A DNA stretch of 64,000 bases. Source: Flavobacterium sp. (GTDB lineage: Bacteria > Bacteroidota > Bacteroidia > Flavobacteriales > Flavobacteriaceae). The translations under genes and the position numbers were made by a program. The notes under the pieces are model-generated. The model was given only the letters and a program-made list of their open reading frames with translations, had not been told where the DNA came from and searched no databases. Shown one piece after another: positions 51,412 to 59,795 of this stretch. The DNA is taken from NCBI RefSeq assembly GCF_047602195.1, contig NZ_JASGHW010000003.1:167173-231172 (forward strand), given 5' to 3'. Positions within the stretch are counted from its first letter, which is position 1, and each line of letters starts with the position of its first letter.

Positions 51412-52653
51412 TCATTCATACCGCAAAGCCTCGATCGGATCCAACCTCGACGCTTTCACCGCCGGATACGAACCCGAAACAATCGCCACAATAAACGTCG
51501 TTACGAATGCAGAAATGATGGCGGTCCAAGGAGTCACAAAACTAAATTCCAGCAAGAAGGCAATGCCGAAACCGGCCGAAATTCCGAGGATGACCCCGAG
51601 CAATCCGCCCATTTGCCCAATGACGAGTGTTTCGATGAAAAATTGCATCGCAATCGTGCTGCGTTTGGCGCCCAATGCTTTGCGGACACCAATTTCGCGT
51701 GTGCGTTCGGTGACCGAAACCAGCATGATATTCATCAATGCAATCGAGGAACCGAAAATCGTGATGATACCGATGACCCAGGCCGAAATGCCGAGGTACT
51801 GCGTGATGTCGAGGATCTTGTTGATGAGGTCGTCGCTGCGCGAAATCCCGAAATTGTTTTCCTGCACCGGGCTCAACTTGCGCACGCGCCGCATCGTGCC
51901 GATGGCGTTGTCGATGGCGTAATCGAGCAATTCCTTTTTTTCGATCATCGAACTGATCGTGTAGTTGATGTTGGGTGCGGTAAACAGCGAACGCGCGACT
52001 TGGATTGGAATCAACACACGCAAATCCTGGCTGTTGCCAAAGGTCGAGCCTTTTTCCTTGAGCACGCCGATGACCTTGAAACGCGCGCCGCGGATCGAGA
52101 TGATCTTGTCGATCGGGTTGACATCCTTGAGCAAATCCTTTTCAAAATCAGACCCGACGACGCAAACATAAGCGTTGTTTTGGATGTCGAAAGCGGTGAA
52201 ATTTCGGCCCTGTGTCGTTTCTGAACCCGAATTCAACAAAAAATATTCATCGACGCCCATGACGGTGATTTGCGGATCGGTTTTTTTCGATTCAAACTTG
52301 GCCTCGGCCTTGGTGGTGGCAGTAAATGACAAGGAAGTATGCGTAAACGGGTAACGGAATTTTTCCTTGAAAGCCACGGCTTCGGGCCACGAAATAATCG
52401 GGTTGATTTTCTTCTTGCGGTTGCCGCCGTGCATGCGTTCGGAAATGTCGTATTGCTCGATCCGGAAGGTATTCGAGCCCATCGAGGCAAAATCGCTCGA
52501 AATCGTGTGCTCGAGCGCCGCCACGACCGTCAGGATGCAAACCAATGCCGTGATGCCGATGGCGATGATCAAAACCGTGAGAATGGTACGCAGCAACTGG
52601 GTCTTGATCGAACCCATCGCAATCCGGATATTCTCTTTGAACAATTTAAACAT
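51412..52653 (-). CDS. ABC transporter permease, MacB/FtsX-like
   Basis: An N-terminal TM segment, a periplasmic MacB_PCD-like domain and a C-terminal FtsX 3-TM block (RTREIGVRKALGA) are present. The start is the ATG at 52653. Confidence 0.88.
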   Translation of the reverse strand: MFKLFKENIRIAMGSIKTQLLRTILTVLIIAIGITALVCILTVVAALEHTISSDFASMGSNTFRIEQYDISERMHGGNRKKKINPIISWPEAVAFKEKFRYPFTHTSLSFTATTKAEAKFESKKTDPQITVMGVDEYFLLNSGSETTQGRNFTAFDIQNNAYVCVVGSDFEKDLLKDVNPIDKIISIRGARFKVIGVLKEKGSTFGNSQDLRVLIPIQVARSLFTAPNINYTISSMIEKKELLDYAIDNAIGTMRRVRKLSPVQENNFGISRSDDLINKILDITQYLGISAWVIGIITIFGSSIALMNIMLVSVTERTREIGVRKALGAKRSTIAMQFFIETLVIGQMGGLLGVILGISAGFGIAFLLEFSFVTPWTAIISAFVTTFIVAIVSGSYPAVKASRLDPIEALRYE

Positions 52654-52737
52654 GGCTGGTTTTTGTTCTGCTAAAGTAAGCAAAACTGCCGCAATTTTGC
52701 ATAAAAAGCGGTATTATTGTAGCTTAATTCTATTCCA

Positions 52738-55414
52738 ATGAAAGGTTTCTTTTTTCAAGCGGCGTTGCTGTTTTTGGTTTTCGCTTCCGCGGCTATTGTG
52801 CAAGGACAAAATGGCGCAATCATCCACCAAACCAGCGATTACACTATTTTTTCGGATGGCGTCAAGCAAGGGGCATTCTCGGCCAAAGCAGTTTCGTCCA
52901 CTGAATTGGTGTCGAATTACCAAAGCCCCAAAAACGAATCGGTTTCTTCGCTGGTCGAGTTCAAATTCAGCATCAACCAGAAAGACAATGAAATGAAACC
53001 GGGCCTCAACCATTGGTTCAACCTTTCCGGAAAAACAGAAACGCCGCTGATTCAATTCGGCCAGCCGTTAACAATGACCGATAAAAATGAAACTTCGATT
53101 CCATCGGATACGCCGCTTAAAGTGCGGTTAGACCTGCGTCCCGTTTTGGCCGAAATTAAATCCAAAGGCTATTTCACGACCTTCAACGGCGACCGGATTT
53201 TCAAGGCCGATTTCAAACACGTCTACATTGCCGGGGCCACCGCACCGTTGACTTGGGATTTCGACAATTTGCACCAGAAGCCCGAACTCGAAATGAAAGA
53301 CCCGGATGGCGATGGCATTTATGAAACGAAATTGGTATTCAATTCCAAAAAGGACCAAAAGACCACCGACGGGAACTGGAAAATGACCCGAAACACCACG
53401 GCTTTTCCACAGTACCAATCAGACCACGTTTTGGCCGATGCGATCTACAACCTTTCGCTCGAAAGAAATGATCAACGCCGTAGAACCCGACGGCACTTTC
53501 CGTACCGGGAAAGAATGGGCGGGCGTGTGGACACGCGACATCAGTTACAGCATCATCTTGTCGATGGCTTACTTGCAACCGCAGGTGGCGATGAACAGTT
53601 TGATGCGCAAGGTCAACGAAAACAAGCGAATCATCCAGGATACGGGAACCGGCGGCGCTTATCCGTGTTCAACCGACCGTGCGATTTGGGCCACGGCAGC
53701 CTGGGAAGTTTACAAGGCGACGGGTGACCAAAAGTGGCTCGAAAGTACTTATGAAATTATCAAAAATTCGGTCGACGACGATTACTGGATGGCATTTGAT
53801 GATGAAACCAACCTCATGCGCGGCGAGTCGTCTTTCCTAGATTGGCGCGAGCAAACCTATCCCAAATGGATGCAGCCGGCCGATATCTTCGAATCGCAAA
53901 ACCTGGGGACCAATGCCGTGCATTACCAAGCCAATATGGTTTTGTCTAAAATGGCGCGTGCCTTGGGACACGAAGCCATCGCAGCCAAACACGAGCGCAC
54001 CGCCGAATCGATCAAGAAAGGCATCAACGACCATTTGTGGATTACCGACAAAGGCTATTACGGCCAATATTTGTACGGCAGGAATTACAAAATGCTGTCG
54101 CCGCGTGCCGAGGCATTGGGCGAGGCACTGTGTATTCTATTCGGTATAGCTGATGCAGAAAAAGCGGCTTCGATTGTTGCCCAATCACCACAGTTGGCGT
54201 ATGGGATTCCGTGTATCTATCCGCAGATTCCGGGCCTGCCGCCGTACCACAACGACGCAGTCTGGCCGTTCGTGCAATCCTATTGGGCACTGGCTTCGGC
54301 CAAGGCGGGCAATGAGGCTTCGGCGATGGAATCGATTGCGGCGATTTACAGACCGGCGGCTTTGTTTTTGACCAACAAGGAAAATTTTGTCGCGGGCAAT
54401 GGCGATTTTGCGGGTACGGTCATCAATTCGAGCAATATGTTGTGGAGCCTTTCCGGGAATATCGCACTCGTGCACAAATTGCTTTTCGGGATCGAGTTGC
54501 AGGCGGACCGTTTGGTTTTCCATCCGTTTGTACCCAAACCATTGGCGGGCCAACGCAGACTAAACAATTTCAAATACCGCAACGCCATTTTAGACATCAG
54601 CCTGTCGGGTTACGGAAACCAGATCAAGAAGTTCACGGTCGATGGCAAAAAGGCCCAAACCGAAATCTTGGCCAGCTTAACCGGGAAGCACAAGATAGAC
54701 ATCGTTTTGAACAATGATTTGAAACCTTCTTCGATCAACAAAACGGAGAATTATTTTTCGCTCCCGACGCCTTTGGTCACTTTGGAAAACAATAAAATTT
54801 CCTGGGCCAGTATTCCCAATGCGGTCGCGTATGCGGTCATCCAAAATGGAAAAATCGTTGCCCGAATAACGGCCAATGCATACGACATTGCCATGGGAAA
54901 TTACGCCGAATACCAAGTCGTTGCCATCGATAAAAGCAACATGGCTTCTTTCGCGAGCGAACCCATTGCGGTTTTCAAACCCGAATCGGCCCACATTTAC
55001 GAAGCCGAAGATTTTGCTCCCAAAGCGAATTATGATTACAAAGGTTTTTCAGGAACTGGGTTTGTCGAAACCGCCAAATCGTCCAAAGGCCAATCCGAAC
55101 CAATGCGTTTTACGATTGACGTCGCCCAAAGCGGGACTTATGCGATCGATTTCCGTTACGCCAACGGAAACGGCCCGACGAACACCGAGAATAAATGTGC
55201 CATCCGCGATTTGAGTTTGGGCAATTCAAATTTGGGAACATTTGTTTTTCCACAACGCGGGGTGCAGGAGTGGAGCAATTGGGGTTTTTCGAACAGTGTG
55301 AAAGTTCATTTGCCCGAAGGGAAGCAAGCGCTCCAGCTCGATTGGCAGGAAAATATGAACGGTGCCATCAATCAGGCGATGATCGATTATTTACGCATCA
55401 TCAAATTGGATTGA
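52738..55414 (+). pseudogene. Secreted glycoside-hydrolase-like protein ((alpha/alpha)6-type catalytic region plus a C-terminal CBM6/35-like module), interrupted by one extra A at 53458-53467 (CTCGAAAGAA)
   Basis: ORF 52738-53727 has a signal peptide (MKGFFFQAALLFLVFASAAIVQGQ) and loses sense after ...AIYNLSLE. ORF 53438-55414 carries the continuation EMINAVEPDGTFRTGKEWAGVWTRDISYS... The C-terminus (YEAEDF...GFSGTGFVE...MIDYLRII) is CBM-like. Removal of one A gives an 891-aa protein. Confidence 0.75.
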
Positions 55415-55458
55415 TTCGCGCTTTCAACTTCGCCCAAAAAACAAGATATTTGCACATT

Positions 55459-55534
55459 ATTTCAGATTTTAGATTTCAGATTTCAGATTGAAACCAATCG
55501 AAAATCTGAAATCTGAAATCATAAATCTAAAATT
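55459..55534. repeat. Heptamer-based (TTTCAGA)n palindromic element immediately upstream of hisS
   Basis: A perfect 18-bp stem GATTTCAGATTTCAGATT (55472-55489) / AATCTGAAATCTGAAATC (55503-55520) is present. It shares TTTCAGATTTTAGA and AAATCTAAAAT with the 18566-18635 copy. Confidence 0.8.
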
Positions 55535-55538
55535 ACAC

Positions 55539-56910
55539 ATGGCCCAGAAACCCAGTACCGCAAGAGGCACGAGAGACTTTTCGCCCACAGAAGTTGCAAA
55601 AAGGCAATTCATTATCGACATCATGAAAGGTAATTTCGAGAAATTCGGATTTCTTCCCATCGAAACGCCGTCATTTGAAAATTCGGAAACCTTGATGGGA
55701 AAATATGGAGAAGAAGGCGACCGGTTGATTTTTAAGATATTGAACAGCGGTGATTTTTTGGACAAGGCAGATGAAAAGCACCTGGTCAATCGCGACAGTT
55801 TAAAATTGGCCGCGCAGATTTCAGAAAAGGCGTTGCGTTACGACCTGACCGTTCCGTTTGCCCGGTATGTGGTACAGCATCAAAATGAGATCGAATTTCC
55901 GTTCAAACGCTACCAGATCCAACCGGTTTGGCGAGCCGACCGTCCCGCGAAAGGCCGATTCAGGGAATTCTACCAATGCGATGCCGATGCCATCGGTTCC
56001 CAAAGCCTGTGGCAGGAAGTCGAATTGGTGCAATTGTACGATTCAACCTTTAGCCAGCTCGGACTCAAAGGCACAACGATCAAGATCAACAACCGCAAGA
56101 TATTATCGGGAATCGCTGAAGTCATCGGCGCTTCGGATAAACTGATCGATTTTACCGTGGCACTCGACAAGCTCGACAAAATCGGCGAAGACGGTGTCAA
56201 GAAAGAAATGATCGAAAAAGGCATTTCGGCCGAAGCGATTGAAAAAGTACAGCCATTGTTCAACTTCACCGGAACGATTTCGGAAAAAATAGAAAAATTG
56301 TCGCTATTGCTTTCAGCTTCGGAAGAAGGCAAAAAAGGCATCAGGGAACTGCGTTTCATTTGTGACCATGTGCAGACCTTGGGACTCAAGGATTCGAATC
56401 TCGACCTTGATGTGACCTTGGCGCGCGGGCTCAACTATTACACCGGTGCGATTTTCGAAGTCGCGGCCCCGGCAACAGTGTCCATGGGCTCGATTGGCGG
56501 CGGCGGACGATACGACGACCTGACCGGAATTTTCGGACGCCCGAATTTGAGCGGCGTCGGGATTTCGTTTGGCCTGGACCGGATTTACCTCGTGCTCGAA
56601 AGAACTCAGCTTGTTTCCCGAAACGGTCACTTCTAGCTCGAAAGCGCTATTTGTGAACTATGGCGAGAAAGAAGCCTTGTATGCGATGAAAGCCATCGGC
56701 CAATTGCGAGACAAAGGCATCAAGGTCGAACTGTATCCGGACAACGTCAAGCTCGGCAAACAGTTCATGCACGCCGAGAAACGCGGCATCCGCTATGCGG
56801 TCATCGCCGGCGAAACAGAGATGGCAGCGGCACAATTTGGACTGAAGGATTTGGTTTCCGGCGAGCAGACTTCAGTGAATTTAGCAGAATTAATAGACAG
56901 ATTAGCATAG
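55539..56910 (+). pseudogene. hisS: Histidine--tRNA ligase, with the reading frame interrupted by one extra A at 56595-56604 (CTCGAAAGAA). It is likely functional if the A is an artefact or is bypassed.
   Basis: N-terminal ARGTRDF, motif 2 REFYQCDAD and motif 3 GGGGRYD are present. The frame breaks after [14 protein letters not shown]. The +1 frame continues [29 protein letters not shown]..., which is the anticodon-binding domain. The corrected length is 456 aa. Confidence 0.85.
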
Positions 56911-56930
56911 TAGGGCTGGTTTGGTTCGAT

Positions 56931-56962
56931 AAAAAAAGGCTTCTCTTCGCGGAGAAGCCTTT
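56931..56962. terminator. Bidirectional terminator between hisS and the convergent LamG gene
   Basis: The stem AGGCTTCTC/GAGAAGCCT is preceded by A7. Confidence 0.7.
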
Positions 56963-56985
56963 ACTTTTTCTTGGGGAAAAAAGGG

Positions 56986-59583
56986 TTACTTGATGATAAT
57001 CTTTTTGGAGATATCGCCATGGGTGGTCAGCGCTTTCACCACATAGGTTCCGGTACTGATAGGAGGTACAAGGATTTGCATCTTGGATTGGTCTTTTGCA
57101 TGAACGTCCCACAGCGCCAACGATTGGCCGAGCATGTCGAAGATCTGTACCGATTGTACATTGACCTCGGGTTTGCCGTTTTCGATCGTAAGCATGTTGT
57201 CATTGGTCGCAAAAGTCAATGCAATGTCGTGGGTCGGTGCGGTAAAAGTCCCGGTGCCGAGCGGTGCGCCCGTAAAGCGAAGCGAGAAACGTTCGGTATA
57301 GGTGCCTTGCGGCAGGTAAATCTGGAACGGTGCCCAACGCAGGTTGTGGTATTGGTTGGTGACGTTGTCGTAAATATAGATTGGTTGGTCTTCGTCGAAG
57401 TTTTGTACATCGTCCAGGATAAATTCGACATTGCCCACGCCCAGGGTTTTCACACCGAGTCTGTAAATGTTGTTCGCGTTGAAATAACCTTCTCCTTCGA
57501 TGATCAGTTTGTAGTTGAGGTTCATCAGGTACAAGTCGTTGGGCTGCGTATCGATGTTGTGTGCGTCGTAACCCATGTCCATGCCGCTGGTCGCAAATTC
57601 GTTCATGAAACCCAACAAGACTTGTCGGTGGAATGAACCGGCGTTGAATCCCAATCGGATGCGCGCAAAATTGTCGTCTTCTACCGGGTCATTGCTGTTG
57701 TCGTATTGTTCGGAGATCGGGTCGGTGCCATTCTTGAACAGCACGTTCGAATGCGTGGCATCTTCTTTCATGAAAGCCCTTTGGTCGTTGTTGAACGTCA
57801 GGCTTCCGCCGACGGTGTTGGCATTGACAAAGAATGCCTGTCCAACGGGAATGAAACGGCCCGGAATTTTTTTACTCGCCGCGGTCATACTCGTTCCGAC
57901 GGGCGATACCGGCGCAGTTCCGCCAACGAGGTTCCGCACGGCATAACCGCCTTGATAATCGGCCAGGTTGTGCGAATTGTTCGTGCTGAAATGTTCCCAG
58001 AAATACAAACTTCCATTGATCACCGAATTGTTGGCCATGATGAACGCATTGGCATCGAGTGCCGATGGATACGGATTGCCCGATAAATTCAGGTTCCCAG
58101 CCGCGATGGGCGAGGTAATCGTTCCGTTATTGGGTTTGCCGACGAAAGCGAAATTCTGTTTCGGAGTCGATGCGCCGCATCCCTTGAGGGTAAACCCTTG
58201 GGCTGGGAGCAGGGTTCCGTTGGGACCTACCGCTGTCCAGTTGGCATAAATCGGGGTCGTATTCTGGAATTTGAAGATCCAGAAACCGCTCAGCGTAATC
58301 GGTGAAGTCGGTGCCCCGTTGAGGTCGTTGGTCCAGTTGATGTTGAGCAGGTTGTCGGGATTGGTGGCGTCGCGCAAAATGCTGTTGACGCTGTAACTGT
58401 TGTTGTTCGAACTGGTGTTGGTATTGCCCACAGGCGAGCACCAATAATTGTAATTGTACAGGTTGGACTGGCCCTGTTGGTCCCTTTCGATATAGCCGGC
58501 ACTTGTAGGGTCAAGTTCGCTATCGATCGTCTGGACCAACTGGGATTTGCCCTTGAGGTCGAGTTTTCCGTCGAGTTTGAGGTACCACGTATTCTCGAGT
58601 TTGTTGTCGTTGGTGAGGTTCACCGATACCTCCGGGTCGATGATCATCCCGAGGTTGATCTGGTTCGAAGGAATATTGATGTTGTGGTGCACCTGGATGA
58701 TCGACCAGTTGTAGGTCGATAGGTCGCGGCCGTTGACAAAGTTATTCTGTCCCACGACTGCATCGATGCGGCCTGCTGCCGAAGTTTCGAATGGCATCGG
58801 CGCCATTTGTGTTTCGAAGACCGGCGCATTGTACAATTGGGCCTGGGCCGTTGATGCGCGGTTGAACAATTTGTCGTCGGCCGAAACATCCATGCGGAAG
58901 TAGGCCAGTAGCGAACTCCAGTTGGTTCCTTCGATATCACGTGGTACGACTTCCCCACGGATCCGGGTGCCGTTGGGCTTGATTTCCTGGTAGACCATTT
59001 TCTGGATCATGGCATCGGTGAGCGCGGTATTGAAGACACGCACTTCGTCCATCGCACCTTTAAAATAATCGGTATTGGACAATGGATTTTTGCCCATCGT
59101 AAATTTGGCCGCGCTCGCAGATAAGGCGCCCGTTAAGACATTGGGCGCAGCGGCCGCTTCCTGTCGCCCGTTGACGTAGAGCTTGAGTTTCTCGGTTGCT
59201 GATTGGTTGTAGACCACACAGATGTGGTACCAACGGTCTGCCGATAAGGCTTGGTCAAAAGCAATGCTATGGTTCTTTGCGGTGGCCACCAATGTTTTGC
59301 CGTTTGCATCGGCTACGATCTTGAGGTTGAAATTGTCCTGGCCCATGATGAAACTGGTGGCGGTCAGGTCGGCGTTGATCCGAATCCAACCCATGAGTGT
59401 GGCTTGGCTGAGTCCGCCGAGCATTTGTGGCACATCGGCATATTGGTTCAGGCCATTCAAAACCAAACTTTGTTTTGCGTTGGGATTTTCAATCTCCAGC
59501 GGCGGCTTGTTTGCGGCAGAAACAGAAACTGTAATCCACAGCATGGCAATAGTGAAAAGTAGATTTTGGGTAAAGGTCTTCAT
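56986..59583 (-). CDS. LamG-like jellyroll domain surface protein with a T9SS C-terminal sorting domain
   Basis: The signal peptide is MKTFTQNLLFTIAMLWITVSVSA. The LamG-type block is LVLNGLNQYADVP...WYHICVVYN...LYVNG...DEVRVFNTAL. The C-terminus is VQIFDMLGQ...TGTYVVKALTTHGDISKKIIIK. The protein is collinear with the C-terminal ~840 aa of the next gene. Confidence 0.82.
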   Translation of the reverse strand: MKTFTQNLLFTIAMLWITVSVSAANKPPLEIENPNAKQSLVLNGLNQYADVPQMLGGLSQATLMGWIRINADLTATSFIMGQDNFNLKIVADANGKTLVATAKNHSIAFDQALSADRWYHICVVYNQSATEKLKLYVNGRQEAAAAPNVLTGALSASAAKFTMGKNPLSNTDYFKGAMDEVRVFNTALTDAMIQKMVYQEIKPNGTRIRGEVVPRDIEGTNWSSLLAYFRMDVSADDKLFNRASTAQAQLYNAPVFETQMAPMPFETSAAGRIDAVVGQNNFVNGRDLSTYNWSIIQVHHNINIPSNQINLGMIIDPEVSVNLTNDNKLENTWYLKLDGKLDLKGKSQLVQTIDSELDPTSAGYIERDQQGQSNLYNYNYWCSPVGNTNTSSNNNSYSVNSILRDATNPDNLLNINWTNDLNGAPTSPITLSGFWIFKFQNTTPIYANWTAVGPNGTLLPAQGFTLKGCGASTPKQNFAFVGKPNNGTITSPIAAGNLNLSGNPYPSALDANAFIMANNSVINGSLYFWEHFSTNNSHNLADYQGGYAVRNLVGGTAPVSPVGTSMTAASKKIPGRFIPVGQAFFVNANTVGGSLTFNNDQRAFMKEDATHSNVLFKNGTDPISEQYDNSNDPVEDDNFARIRLGFNAGSFHRQVLLGFMNEFATSGMDMGYDAHNIDTQPNDLYLMNLNYKLIIEGEGYFNANNIYRLGVKTLGVGNVEFILDDVQNFDEDQPIYIYDNVTNQYHNLRWAPFQIYLPQGTYTERFSLRFTGAPLGTGTFTAPTHDIALTFATNDNMLTIENGKPEVNVQSVQIFDMLGQSLALWDVHAKDQSKMQILVPPISTGTYVVKALTTHGDISKKIIIK

Positions 59584-59740
59584 AACTGATTCAGTTTATG
59601 CAGACTGAGTTTTCTCAATCCTTTTGTTTGACGATTCAAAAGTAGAATTATCAATCGAAAGAAAAAAGTTTTTTATCGATAAAATGCATAAATCATCGTT
59701 AAAATACACTTTTTTATCGAATTTGTAAAAATAATCTTAT

Positions 59741-59771
59741 AATAAAAAAAGCTTCCTGTTGGGGAAGCTTC
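59741..59771 (-). terminator. Terminator downstream of the giant LamG/TSP3 gene
   Basis: The stem AAGCTTCC/GGAAGCTT has a T-run on the minus strand. Confidence 0.65.
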
Positions 59772-59795
59772 TTTCTTTTTTGGGGAAAAAGGGCG

